From positions 256,001-320,000 of the forward strand of contig CAVTNR010000012.1 in assembly GCA_963736115.1 (NCBI GenBank): a stretch of DNA of 64,000 bases. The letters run 5' to 3'. Below the pieces are notes generated by a model. That model searched no databases, had not been told where the DNA came from, and worked only from the letters and a program-made list of their open reading frames with translations. The DNA is from an uncultured bacterium. GTDB taxonomy: Bacteria; Zhuqueibacterota; QNDG01; DTFT01. Shown in pieces: positions 20,894 through 30,512 of the stretch (position 1 is the first letter of the stretch; each line of letters starts with the position of its first letter). Both the position numbers and the translations under genes were made by a program.

Positions 20894-21387
20894 TGACGCA
20901 AGACGAGAAGAAGAACCGGATCAACGCCTTCGAAGAGGCGGCGGACGCTTTCGACGACATTCTCGGTCTTCCGCCGGAGATCCTGACCTTCCGGCCGTTC
21001 GAGGACGCCTGGACGATACACGAGCAGATCGTGCACTGCCTCGAGGTGGACGCGGCATTCTTTCACCGCTATCGCAGGGCCGTGGCACAGCCTGAAACCG
21101 AGGTTCTCGGCTTCGACCAGTCATGGACCGCGGCCCTGGATTATCACAGCCATGATCTCCGCGCCTCCCTCCAGCTCATCCAGGCGCTCCGCCGCTACAT
21201 GGCCGCTCACCTGAGAACTCTGGTTCAACGGGACTGGACCCAACTGGCCTATGTACACTCACAATCGGGCCGCATGGATCTGGAAAAGGGCCTCGCGGCC
21301 GTCATCGAGCACGTCCGTTTCCACCGCGAGTTGATCGACCGCAACCTGGGTTTATGGGATCAAACGACCGGAGTAAAACATGGCTGA
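20893..21387 (+). CDS. DinB-family protein
   Basis: WTIHEQIVHC and EHVRFH metal-binding histidines. Confidence 0.8.
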   Translation: MTQDEKKNRINAFEEAADAFDDILGLPPEILTFRPFEDAWTIHEQIVHCLEVDAAFFHRYRRAVAQPETEVLGFDQSWTAALDYHSHDLRASLQLIQALRRYMAAHLRTLVQRDWTQLAYVHSQSGRMDLEKGLAAVIEHVRFHRELIDRNLGLWDQTTGVKHG

Positions 21388-23527
21388 AAAGAAAAAAACC
21401 GCCGAACCCGCCTTCAGGCCCTTCATTCCCGCCGACCGGACGCCGCCCGAATTCACGCTGAAGGCCGTGGTGCTGGGCGTGCTGCTCGGCCTTCTGTTCA
21501 GCGCCGTGACGGTTTACCTCGGCCTGCGCGCGGGTCTGACCATTGCGGTGAACATCCCCATCTCGATCACGGCCATTGCGGTGTTCAGCGCCCTGTCCCG
21601 CGCGGGTCTCTCAAAAAAAGCGTCCGTGCTCGAGATCAACACGGTGCAGACCGTGGGCGCGGCCGGAGAATCCATCGCGGCGGGCGTGATTTTCACTTTG
21701 CCCGCCCTCTTCTTCCTGGGATTCGTGCTCGACGCGAGCCGCATCTTCATCGTCGCACTCGCCGGCGGACTGCTCGGCGTCTGCTATCTCGTGCCCCTGA
21801 GACGCTACCTGATCGAGAAGGAGCACGGCATTCTGCCCTATCCGGAGGGCGTGGCTTGCGCGGAGGTGATCAAGTCGGGCGCAGCGGGCGGGTCCCGCGC
21901 GGCCAAGGTACTCTGGGGTTCCACTGCCGGATTCGTCTACAAGCTCGCCATGGGCGGCGGCCGTTTCTGGAAGGAAATTCCGGAATGGAAGCCGAAATGG
22001 TTCCCCGGCTCGACCTTCAATGCCGAGATCTCGCCCGAGCTTCTCGGTGTCGGGTACATCATCGGCCCGAAAACCGCCTCCATCATGGTCGCGGGCGGCT
22101 TTCTCTCCTGGGTTCTGCTCATTCCCATGATCAAGTTCTTCGGCGCGGCCATTCCGATGACGCTGGATCAAGGCGGCGAACTCGTCCAGACCACGGTCGG
22201 CGCTCTGACCGACGACCGCATCCTCTGGCGGCAGTACATCCGGTATATCGGCGCGGGCGCCGTGGTGGCCGGCGGATTCATCAATCTCTTCCGCGCGTTC
22301 CCGACCATCGTGGGGTCTTTCCGCGGTTCGGTGAAGGACATGCGCAGGTCCGGCGGCAAAAAAACCGCCGTGGAACGCACCAGCCTGGATCTGCCCCTCG
22401 GAACCGTGTTCACGGGCGTGGCCGTCGCGGTCGCGGGCATCTGGTTCCTGCTCATGGCCGTGATCAATCCCGGCCACGCGCTCGGCAACGCGGTTTCGGC
22501 CCTGCTCATCGCGGTGTTCGGATTCTTCTTCGCCACGGTCTCGTCCCGCCTCGTGGGCGAAATCGGGGTTTCGTCGAATCCGACTTCGGGCATGACCATC
22601 GCCACGCTCATGGCCACCTGCCTGGTCTTCCTCGCGGTCGGTTGGACGGGCGGCGCGTACGCCGCGGTCGCGCTCTCGGTCGGCGCGGTGGTCTGCATCT
22701 GCGCCTCGAACGCGGGCAACGTGGCCCAGAGCCTGAAAACCGGGTTCCTGCTCGGGTGTACGCCGAAGAAGCAGGAAATCGGGTACGCCCTCGGCGCCCT
22801 TTCCTCGATCGCGGTGGTCGGGTTCACGGTCCTGGCCGTGAACAAGGCCTACACGACATTCGAACCCGTCGCGTCGCTTCCGCCAACGGCCGTCGTCGAG
22901 AGGACCGCGGTCCGCGGGGAACAGACCTTCGACGTGTACGCGGATCCCGCCTCAGGCGAAAAGTTCTGGATAAACCGGACGGACGGCTCCGTCCGCCGCG
23001 AACAACCCGGCATCGGTTCGGACAAACTGCCCGCGCCCCAGGCCCGTCTCATGGCCACCGTGATCGACGGCGTCCTGGCCAAAAAACTGCCGTGGGCGCT
23101 CATTCTCATGGGCATCGCGCTGACCCTCACCGTGGAGCTGTGCGGGGTGCGCGGACTGCCGTTTGCCGTAGGCGTGTACCTGCCGCTTTCCACATCCGCC
23201 CCGATCTTTTTCGGCGGCCTGATCCGATGGCTGGTGGACCGCCGCTCCGGACGGGGGAAAACGCAGGACGAGAGCGGTCCCGGCATGCTCTACGCATCCG
23301 GTCTGATCGCGGGCGGCGCGGTAGCGGGCCTTCTGCTGGCCGCGGCCGCTGGAATCGGAGCAGGAGCGGATTCCGCGACCGGAGCCGAACTCACATTCGC
23401 GGACAGGATGGCGGTCGGGGAAAAATGGCTGAATGGACTTTTGTCGAACGGGGACGGGCTGTCCATGCTCATTTTCATCGGGCTCTGCGTTTCGCTCGGC
23501 TTCATCGGATGGCCGAGGAAGAAATAG
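21380..23527 (+). CDS. OPT-family oligopeptide transporter
   Basis: YLGLRAGLT, LPYPEGVACAEV, SSNPTSGMTIATL, APQARLM. Confidence 0.92.
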   Translation: MAEKKKTAEPAFRPFIPADRTPPEFTLKAVVLGVLLGLLFSAVTVYLGLRAGLTIAVNIPISITAIAVFSALSRAGLSKKASVLEINTVQTVGAAGESIAAGVIFTLPALFFLGFVLDASRIFIVALAGGLLGVCYLVPLRRYLIEKEHGILPYPEGVACAEVIKSGAAGGSRAAKVLWGSTAGFVYKLAMGGGRFWKEIPEWKPKWFPGSTFNAEISPELLGVGYIIGPKTASIMVAGGFLSWVLLIPMIKFFGAAIPMTLDQGGELVQTTVGALTDDRILWRQYIRYIGAGAVVAGGFINLFRAFPTIVGSFRGSVKDMRRSGGKKTAVERTSLDLPLGTVFTGVAVAVAGIWFLLMAVINPGHALGNAVSALLIAVFGFFFATVSSRLVGEIGVSSNPTSGMTIATLMATCLVFLAVGWTGGAYAAVALSVGAVVCICASNAGNVAQSLKTGFLLGCTPKKQEIGYALGALSSIAVVGFTVLAVNKAYTTFEPVASLPPTAVVERTAVRGEQTFDVYADPASGEKFWINRTDGSVRREQPGIGSDKLPAPQARLMATVIDGVLAKKLPWALILMGIALTLTVELCGVRGLPFAVGVYLPLSTSAPIFFGGLIRWLVDRRSGRGKTQDESGPGMLYASGLIAGGAVAGLLLAAAAGIGAGADSATGAELTFADRMAVGEKWLNGLLSNGDGLSMLIFIGLCVSLGFIGWPRKK

Positions 23528-23541
23528 CGTGATTTTTCTGA

Positions 23542-23599
23542 GGTAGCCGCAACCTTTAGGTTGCGTCTTAACATGCGCAGCCTGAAGGCTGCGGCTACC
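23542..23599. repeat. GTAG REP inverted doublet (REPIN-like)
   Basis: GTAGC-CGCAACCT-TT-AGGTTGCG, short spacer, then CGCAGCCT-GA-AGGCTGCG-GCTAC. Confidence 0.8.
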
Positions 23600-23637
23600 G
23601 GACATTCTCAGGCCGTAATCTCTCCCCGGGAACAACC

Positions 23638-24375
23638 ATGACCCATCCCCTTATCCTCAAAATCCGCGCAGACCTGAAGAAAAACGCGGATCCCGGGGTC
23701 GAACAAAGCACCCGGCGGTTTTTCAAGGAAGGCATCTCCTGCTACGGCGTGAAGACGGCCGTCGTGTACCGCATCGCCGGCGTTCATTGGAAGCAGGCGA
23801 AGGACCTGTCCCGTAAGGATATCTACAGCCTGTGCGAGGATCTGCTCAAGTCCGGAAATCAGGAGGAGACGTTCATCGTCTGCGACTGGGTTCCCAGGCT
23901 CGCGGCAACCTTCGAGAGAAACGATCTTCGCCTTTTCAAGAAATGGATAAGCCGGTACGTCGACAACTGGGCGAAATGCGACTGTTTCTGCAACCATACC
24001 ATGGGCGATTTCGTGGTCCGGTTCCCGGACAGCGCTCCTGAAATCAAGTCCTGGACACGCTCGCCGAACCGCTGGATGAAACGCGCCGCGGCCGTGACCT
24101 TCATCCTGCCCTGCCGGCGGGGCGGGTTCCTGTCCGACGCGTTCGAAATCGCGGACGCGCTCATCGAGGACCCGGACGACCTGGTGCAGAAGGGATACGG
24201 CTGGCTCCTGAAGGAAGCCAGCCGGCTGCATCGGGCGGAGGTTTTTGCTTTTGTCCTGAAACGCCGGGACCGTATGCCCCGCACCGCGCTCCGGTATGCC
24301 ATCGAACTCATGCCCCCGGCCATGAAAAAAGAGGCGATGCAAAAATCACCGTCCCGCCGGGCACCGCAGGTTTAA
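23638..24375 (+). CDS. DNA alkylation repair protein (AlkD-like HEAT repeat)
   Basis: VDNWAKCD, NRWMKRAA, DLVQKGYGWLLKE, RTALRYAIE. Confidence 0.88.
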   Translation: MTHPLILKIRADLKKNADPGVEQSTRRFFKEGISCYGVKTAVVYRIAGVHWKQAKDLSRKDIYSLCEDLLKSGNQEETFIVCDWVPRLAATFERNDLRLFKKWISRYVDNWAKCDCFCNHTMGDFVVRFPDSAPEIKSWTRSPNRWMKRAAAVTFILPCRRGGFLSDAFEIADALIEDPDDLVQKGYGWLLKEASRLHRAEVFAFVLKRRDRMPRTALRYAIELMPPAMKKEAMQKSPSRRAPQV

Positions 24376-24499
24376 TAAACCCCGGGCCCTTTGCGATTCT
24401 TCTTAAAAAACCGTTTCCCTTTTCCCCCTTCCTTTGGTAAATTATCCGCATACCGGACAGGCCGGACAACGGCCGCATCATCCTCATGAGGAAACCGCC

Positions 24500-25597
24500 A
24501 TGCCCATTGAAATCAGACCCGCATCCGAATGCCGCTGGGACGTCCTGTCTCTCGGAGAAGTCATGCTCCGCCTGGATCCCGGGGAAGGCCGCATCCACAC
24601 CGCGCGCGCATTCCGGGTGTGGGAAGGCGGCGGCGAGTACAATGTGGCCAGGGGCCTCCGGCGATGTTTCGGCCTCCGGGCGGCCGTGGCGACCGCTTTC
24701 GCGGACAATCCCGTCGGCCGCCTGCTGGAGGATTTCATCCTGCAGGGCGGAGTGGACGCCTCTCTGATCCGCTGGATGCCGTTCGACAGCGTGGGCCGCA
24801 AGAACCGGAACGGTCTGAATTTCACGGAAAAGGGTTTCGGCGTACGCGGGGCCCTGGGCTGTTCGGACCGGGGCCACACCGCCGCGTCCCAGCTCAAAAA
24901 GGGGGATTTCGACTGGGACCGGATTTTCGGGGAATGGGGCGTGCGCTGGTTCCACACCGGCGGCATATTCGCGGGGCTCTCGGAAACCACGGCCGGACTG
25001 GTCGAGGAGGCCATGGAATCGGCCCGCAGGCACGGCACGATCGTCTCGTACGATCTGAATTACCGGGCTTCTCTGTGGAAGGACGTGGGCGGCCCGGCCA
25101 AGGCGCAGGAAGTCAACCGACGCCTGGCTTCTTTAGTGGACGTGATGATCGGCAATGAGGAGGATTTCACTGCCTGTCTGGGACTCGCGGTGGAAGGAGT
25201 GGACGAAAACCTGACGGCTTTGGACCCGGCCAATTTCAAGAAGATGATCGGCCGGGCGCTGAAGGACCACCCGCATTTCAAGGCCGTGGCCACCACTTTG
25301 CGCGCGGTCAAGACCGCGACGGTCAATGACTGGGGCGCCGTGGCCTGGGTGGACGGCGCATTCCACGAATCGGCCCGGCGGACGGACATGGAAATCTTCG
25401 ACCGGGTCGGAGGCGGGGACAGCTTTGCATCCGGATTCATTTACGGTCTGATGGAATTGAAGGACGGGAAGAAGGCGGTGGAATACGGGGCCGCGCACGG
25501 CGCCCTGGCCATGACCACGCCGGGCGACACGTCCATGGCGACGCTGAAGGAAGTGGAAAAGGTTGCGGCAGGCGGGAGCGTGCGGGTGGTGAGGTGA
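24500..25597 (+). CDS. kdgK: PfkB sugar kinase, 2-dehydro-3-deoxygluconokinase-like
   Basis: LGEVMLRLDP, SYDLNYRASLW, GNEED, DRVGGGDSF; GAGG SD before ATG 24500. Confidence 0.8.
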   Translation: MPIEIRPASECRWDVLSLGEVMLRLDPGEGRIHTARAFRVWEGGGEYNVARGLRRCFGLRAAVATAFADNPVGRLLEDFILQGGVDASLIRWMPFDSVGRKNRNGLNFTEKGFGVRGALGCSDRGHTAASQLKKGDFDWDRIFGEWGVRWFHTGGIFAGLSETTAGLVEEAMESARRHGTIVSYDLNYRASLWKDVGGPAKAQEVNRRLASLVDVMIGNEEDFTACLGLAVEGVDENLTALDPANFKKMIGRALKDHPHFKAVATTLRAVKTATVNDWGAVAWVDGAFHESARRTDMEIFDRVGGGDSFASGFIYGLMELKDGKKAVEYGAAHGALAMTTPGDTSMATLKEVEKVAAGGSVRVVR

Positions 25598-25650
25598 TCG
25601 CCCTCTTTAGAGAGCATCTTTAAAAATAACAATCGAAAAGTCCCTGGTTC

Positions 25651-25845
25651 ATGTCATCCCCGCGGAAGCGGGGATCCAGTCTTGTTTCTCATTTTTCAAT
25701 CAAACAGAAAGTCCCTCTTTTTGTTCAATTAATAAATCCCGACGGATTCTACGTTCAGGAAGACGTTTAATTATTTTTTAAAAAATTATGTTTTAATGTT
25801 TAACTTTATACAGGGAATGGATCCCCGCTTCCGCGGGGATGACAT
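25651..25845. repeat. CGTC-type REP inverted pair (28-bp perfect IR) around a 139-bp AT-rich spacer; MITE-like
   Basis: ATGTCATCCCCGCGGAAGCGGGGATCCA at 25651-25678 and its exact reverse complement at 25818-25845. Confidence 0.85.
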
Positions 25846-25876
25846 ACGTCTTTTCACGCTAGCCAGTCATCCATCG

Positions 25877-26221
25877 TCAATGCTTTTCTCTGAGCGCCCT
25901 CACCACCCCCACCAGCCCCAGAATCCACCCCGCCGGGTACGGCAGAATCGTCAACGCCCACCACATGGAATGCCCGGTGCTTCCTCCAAACCCTCCAATC
26001 GCGCTGACCCCGAACATGACTGCGACTCCGAAAACGACAAGTCCCAGCGCCCAGGCAAGGATTTTCCGGTGACGACTTTTCCCGAGCACAGACCCGGTCA
26101 GCGCCAGCGCAGCGCCGATCACGATGACAACGGAACCCTCCAGCGGATCCACGGCTCCGATCAGCATGAGAATCAGGCCTGTCCACAGCAGGACGCGATA
26201 GATGACCGGCTTGTTTTTCAT
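25877..26221 (-). CDS. Small 4-TM membrane protein (GAVDPLEGS motif)
   Basis: Hydrophobic C-terminal part of ORF 25877-26473; AGGGAG SD before ATG 26221/26224. Confidence 0.7.
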   Translation of the reverse strand: MKNKPVIYRVLLWTGLILMLIGAVDPLEGSVVIVIGAALALTGSVLGKSRHRKILAWALGLVVFGVAVMFGVSAIGGFGGSTGHSMWWALTILPYPAGWILGLVGVVRALREKH

Positions 26222-26243
26222 CATCACTCCCTTCGGTGAACGA

Positions 26244-27488
26244 TCACTTGACCCAGGAGGCGCTGGGATTCGGTCCCGACTCCCCGAACACAAACCGCAG
26301 GGCCCCGCCGACATGGGCCCGCCAGGAACCCCAGGAGTGGCCTTCGTGAAATTCAGCGGTCCGAACCCGTGCCCCGCGTTCGGATAGAAGCAGGGCGACC
26401 GTCCTGTTGAGTTCCGGTATCTCGGGTTCGTATGTCCCCCAGTCCAGGGAAACCCTGCCCGAAACGGAGCCAACCTTCCGGACCCTGTCCACCATCGCCG
26501 CCTGATCCACCCAGAACGCGCCGGACTGGGACACGCACAAACCGAATACGTCCGGATGGGACAGATACGTATCCAGGGCGGTCAGGCCTCCCAGCGAGGC
26601 CCCGAGTATGGCGCGTCCGGAGGGCGACCGGACGATGGGATACCGGTCCTCGATCCACGGCACCAGTTCAAGCGCGAGCATCCGTTCGTATTCCGGATTC
26701 GCCCAATACTCACGGTTGCGGTCCAGGGGATTGACAAAAACCGCGATCATCGGCGGAATGGCATGCGCACGGATGAGTTTGTCCAAAATGTTCCGCATGG
26801 AGCCGAGCGTGATGTACTCCCCGCCGTCTGTCACGAGCAGAAGCGGGAAGGCGCCGCAGGCCTGATTCCGGTCGTCCGGCGGGAGATAAACAAACACCGC
26901 CCTTTCGTTCCCGAGGGAGGGGCTCCTGAAAACGAGCGAATCCAGAGACCCGTGCGGGATCGAAAGATCGTACGCGATCTCCGGCTGGGAAGAGTACCCT
27001 GGCATGGCGATCTCGGAATTCGGCCCGAATCCGCCCGTACACGTCCTGGGATTCAGGGGATCGAGGATCCAATCCTTCCCGTCCACGCAGTATTTGTAAT
27101 CAAGACGGGCGTCCGGTTCGAACCGCTCGGGCCGGACGAACAGCCCGGTGCCCGGAATGGGGCGCAGGGTGTCCCGCACCGGATGCCACCGGTTGAAATC
27201 CCCGGACAGTACAACGGATTTCGCCGAATCGCTCCGAAAGACGAACCAGGCCGTGTCGCCCCGTACGATCGGGAAGGAAACGCCGGATCCGGGCCGGAGC
27301 AGGCTGTCCGCCGCGGCCTTGCGGTCTTTCTCCGGAAGCCGCTCCAGGCGACGGATCGGATTTTCCGTGCATTGCCCCTGAAGCGGGGATGCCGTAAACA
27401 GAAAACCGGATAGCGCTGCATAGGCCGCAAGGCACGCGAACGGAAAGGATTTTTTATCCCAGCGGCAGGACCGGGATATTCTATTCAT
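26244..27488 (-). CDS. Exported Fes-like esterase (CBM48-type N-domain plus alpha/beta hydrolase)
   Basis: VLSGDFNRW, LDPLNP, VYLPP, GASLGG nucleophile, EGHSWGSW. Confidence 0.85.
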   Translation of the reverse strand: MNRISRSCRWDKKSFPFACLAAYAALSGFLFTASPLQGQCTENPIRRLERLPEKDRKAAADSLLRPGSGVSFPIVRGDTAWFVFRSDSAKSVVLSGDFNRWHPVRDTLRPIPGTGLFVRPERFEPDARLDYKYCVDGKDWILDPLNPRTCTGGFGPNSEIAMPGYSSQPEIAYDLSIPHGSLDSLVFRSPSLGNERAVFVYLPPDDRNQACGAFPLLLVTDGGEYITLGSMRNILDKLIRAHAIPPMIAVFVNPLDRNREYWANPEYERMLALELVPWIEDRYPIVRSPSGRAILGASLGGLTALDTYLSHPDVFGLCVSQSGAFWVDQAAMVDRVRKVGSVSGRVSLDWGTYEPEIPELNRTVALLLSERGARVRTAEFHEGHSWGSWRAHVGGALRFVFGESGPNPSASWVK

Positions 27489-27585
27489 TAATCCTCCTGC
27501 TCCACCGGACCCCTGCGAAGCCGCGTGGTTCGAACCGTGATCGGTCGTTCAAGTGGTCTGCTGGCCTAAAGGATCTCCCTCCCCC

Positions 27586-27617
27586 TGGATGCCCGATAGA
27601 AAATTTCGGGCATGACA
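27586..27617 (-). repeat. CGTC-type REP variant
   Basis: Minus strand TGTCATGCCCGA-AATTTTCTA-TCGGGCATCCA has the same GTCA-stem-TCCA frame as 25651. Confidence 0.65.
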
Positions 27618-27626
27618 CCTCCCCCA

Positions 27627-28064
27627 TCATATCATTTCCTCGATGATTTTCACCACGTCCAGCACAACCGGTTCGCATTTCTCCTTGAACAGCATTTTCT
27701 CCCGCGCGGCCTTGAGCCCAGCCTCATTCGTGATGTCCGCGCCGAGCAGGCGGTAACATTCCACGCTCCCGTATTTTTCCTCGATCCGGTCGACCAGACG
27801 CCGCACCTTGGAATAGACGAGCAACTGTCCGCCGCGGATGTCGTCCGGCGTGAAAAACCTCGCGCCCAGTACCATCATGCCGCCGGTCACTGCGCCGCAG
27901 GTTTTTTGGAGCGCCCCCATGCCGGCGCCGAATCCCGACGCGACAGCCCACGCCGTTTTCTCGTCCAGGCTGAGCGTCGGCGCGAAAACCGAAAACACCG
28001 ATTGACTGCAGTTATAACCGCCGCGGAAAAGACGGATCACTTTTTCTTCCCTGGTTTCGGACAT
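27627..28064 (-). CDS. C-GCAxxG-C-C family putative redox protein
   Basis: YNCSQS, GFGAGMG, TCGAVTGG, plus two later Cys. Confidence 0.88.
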   Translation of the reverse strand: MSETREEKVIRLFRGGYNCSQSVFSVFAPTLSLDEKTAWAVASGFGAGMGALQKTCGAVTGGMMVLGARFFTPDDIRGGQLLVYSKVRRLVDRIEEKYGSVECYRLLGADITNEAGLKAAREKMLFKEKCEPVVLDVVKIIEEMI

Positions 28065-28091
28065 GGAATCCTCTCCCGGCTTCCGCCGTCC

Positions 28092-30386
28092 CTAATACCG
28101 GACCTCTATCGTTTTCACCTCGCCCGGCTTGAGCGTCAGTTTCCCCGAATAAGCCGGTTTTCCGGAAGCGTCCGGCTGGTAGCGGATCCCGGTCTCCGCA
28201 GCGGACAAAGATGGATTGAAAACGAAAATCATGCCGTGTTTCCCGGATCGGAGCGCCGTGGCCCAGAGTCCGGAGCCGGACAGGTTCAGAACGCGCCTGC
28301 CGCCCAGCGACTCGAGCAATGATTCGGTCATTCGTCTTCTGGCCTGTTCCGCGTCACCGTCCGCATCTTCCCATGAAACCCCGAGAAACACGGCTTCCCC
28401 GTTCCCCGCCGTTTTCTTCCGCCAGCCGACCGCCTTGCCTGAAGGTGTCTCGAACGCCAGCGTTTCAGCCCCCCGCGGCGTCGATCTCGTGTTGAACAAG
28501 GCTCCGGCCGGAATTCCCGAATCCTCCCCGAACCGGAAAACAGCGTCCTTCGTTTTCAACGTCTGAACCGCCGACGCGCCGAGGAAACCCGCCAGTTCCG
28601 TGCAGGGATTGAACCGCTCGTCCATGGACGGCAGAACAGGCGTGATGAGAATCCGCCCCCCTTTTTTCAGGAAATCCACGAGCCGGAACTGATTCGCGAG
28701 GGACATGCAGGACGAAGAAATCACGAGAAGCGGCCTGGAAACATCCGCCGTGAAACCATCGTCATTCAGCTCGATGAAAGCCGGAGACCAGCCCGCCCGC
28801 CACAAGGTCGGTAGCAGTCCGCGCTTCAGAAACGCTCCCGCCTCAGCGGCCGTGAAAACCGTCCTTCCTTTTAAGCCATAGGACAGGGCGTTCACGGGCT
28901 CGTTGAAATCGAATGCGATCAGGCAGTCCGCTTCGCGCTCCGCCTCCGCAAGCCAGGCATTTTTACGCAGGAAAGCGTGGAGTTCCTTGAGAGCCGGAAC
29001 AGCCGGGCCCGATTTTCCTTTGATGTCCAGAACCGCAGGTCCGGATCCGGAGTTTGTCTTTTCCGGCGCCAATTCTGCAGACAGAACAGCCTCCGTGAAA
29101 CGGTTATAGGCCAGACCTTTCAAGCCGGCCGCAACGTGCATCAGACTCATACTCCTCAATCCGTCCGGATGATCATACAGGGCCGGCATCCCGAACGCAA
29201 CCGCTGGCGCTCCCATGAGACGCAGGTTTTCCAGGGACAGAAAAGCTTCAGCGAAGTACTGCAAAACCGGACCATTACCGGATTCCGTTTCCTCGCCGGA
29301 CGTGGAACCCAGGCCGGAATGATCAACTCCGGGAAGCAGGGACTTGAGCCCCATGCGGTCCGCGGCAATGGACAGAAGCCCGGCCGTTCCGGGGCCGCCT
29401 GAAATGCATGTCAGGGGCACTTCGATGCCGGCCTGCCGGAGCGCCTTGGCCAGGGTCTGGAGGTATTCGGCGGCATTCTCGAGCGTGAATTCGACGTAAT
29501 CCCTGCGCCTGCGGCGCTCGAATTCATCCGATCCACCGTCCGGATCCGGCGGCCGGGTCTGCTGGAAGGATGTGTACTGGGTGCCGTATTCATAATTAAT
29601 TTTCTCGATCGTCTGATACCGGGACCACAGATAATGCGAATACCGGCCGTCCCTTTTTCCGAACCCCATCGTGGCGGCGCTGAAATCCGCGTCTTCGAAC
29701 GTGTCGGGAATGCCGGGCGCGGGCCCGTCGAGCTGAACAAAGGCGACCGGACCGCCGCGCGCCAGCGTGTGTTTCGCGATCACGCGGCCAGCCTGCTCCA
29801 TCCAGGATGCCGCGGCTTCGAGATAGTCCGGATGGAGTATGGACGCGCTTCCCGGCCCGCGGTCCGCTCCGCCTCTGGCTCTGGACCTGAGATCCGTTTT
29901 CTTTTCCGCCAGCCAGTCGGGCAGACCGTTGTATTTCAGTTCCGGTCCCAGCATCGGTCCCGGCCGGAGGATGACGTACAGGTCCTTCTCCTTCGCCGCT
30001 TTCAGGAAACCCTCGACGTCGCGGACCTCGTCCTTTTTGGATCCGAAATCGAACCGGCCCTGTTCCGGTTCGTGCAGGCGCCACGGCATCCGCACCCAGA
30101 GGCAGTTGATTCCCGCGGATTTCATGGCGGACATGCGTGATTTCCACTGCTTTCGCGGGACAGCGAAATAATCCAGCTCTCCGGCGACGGGGACAAACGG
30201 GTTTCCGCCGACCCGCAGGCAGGTCTTGTCGATCTGGATCGGATTCGGCGGAACCGGCTCGGTCGCCGGAACGGGACGGCTTTGGGCCCGTATTCCTCCG
30301 GGGGAAAAGAACAGGAATCCGAAGAGTGGGATCATTAAAGCAAATCGAAATCGCATGCGGGAATTCTCCTGATGACGGCACTTCAT
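28092..30386 (-). CDS. GH35 beta-galactosidase-like exported protein (catalytic glutamates apparently absent)
   Basis: GELDYF, PWRLHEPEQGRFDF, VILRPGP, GLPDWL, GGPVAFVQLD; the expected NE is replaced by GP. Confidence 0.75.
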   Translation of the reverse strand: MKCRHQENSRMRFRFALMIPLFGFLFFSPGGIRAQSRPVPATEPVPPNPIQIDKTCLRVGGNPFVPVAGELDYFAVPRKQWKSRMSAMKSAGINCLWVRMPWRLHEPEQGRFDFGSKKDEVRDVEGFLKAAKEKDLYVILRPGPMLGPELKYNGLPDWLAEKKTDLRSRARGGADRGPGSASILHPDYLEAAASWMEQAGRVIAKHTLARGGPVAFVQLDGPAPGIPDTFEDADFSAATMGFGKRDGRYSHYLWSRYQTIEKINYEYGTQYTSFQQTRPPDPDGGSDEFERRRRRDYVEFTLENAAEYLQTLAKALRQAGIEVPLTCISGGPGTAGLLSIAADRMGLKSLLPGVDHSGLGSTSGEETESGNGPVLQYFAEAFLSLENLRLMGAPAVAFGMPALYDHPDGLRSMSLMHVAAGLKGLAYNRFTEAVLSAELAPEKTNSGSGPAVLDIKGKSGPAVPALKELHAFLRKNAWLAEAEREADCLIAFDFNEPVNALSYGLKGRTVFTAAEAGAFLKRGLLPTLWRAGWSPAFIELNDDGFTADVSRPLLVISSSCMSLANQFRLVDFLKKGGRILITPVLPSMDERFNPCTELAGFLGASAVQTLKTKDAVFRFGEDSGIPAGALFNTRSTPRGAETLAFETPSGKAVGWRKKTAGNGEAVFLGVSWEDADGDAEQARRRMTESLLESLGGRRVLNLSGSGLWATALRSGKHGMIFVFNPSLSAAETGIRYQPDASGKPAYSGKLTLKPGEVKTIEVRY

Positions 30387-30447
30387 CTCTCCGCGGAACG
30401 GAGGAGCACAGGAATAAAATACAGGATAAACCTGTCCGAATCAACCT

Positions 30448-30489
30448 AAAAAAAACCTCCCGGAGGCTCCGAGCCTCCGGGAGGTTTTT
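30448..30489 (-). terminator. Rho-independent (bidirectional) terminator of the OMP gene
   Basis: A-run-CCTCCCGGAGGCT-CCG-AGCCTCCGGGAGG-T-run. Confidence 0.85.
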
Positions 30490-30512
30490 ATAAAATCGTT
30501 TCCGGATTCCGG

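Noticed and set aside
21856-23532. Long alternative-frame or antisense ORFs (e.g. 558 aa here; 31242-33011, 33922-35481, 39224-41146, 10165-11754, 19295-20740, 8-886)
   Set aside because: They fully overlap well-supported genes, are low-complexity or motif-free, and are expected shadows of high-GC codon usage.
27627-28064. Selenoprotein form of the C-GCAxxG-C-C protein
   Set aside because: All four positions are ordinary Cys codons and there is no in-frame TGA.
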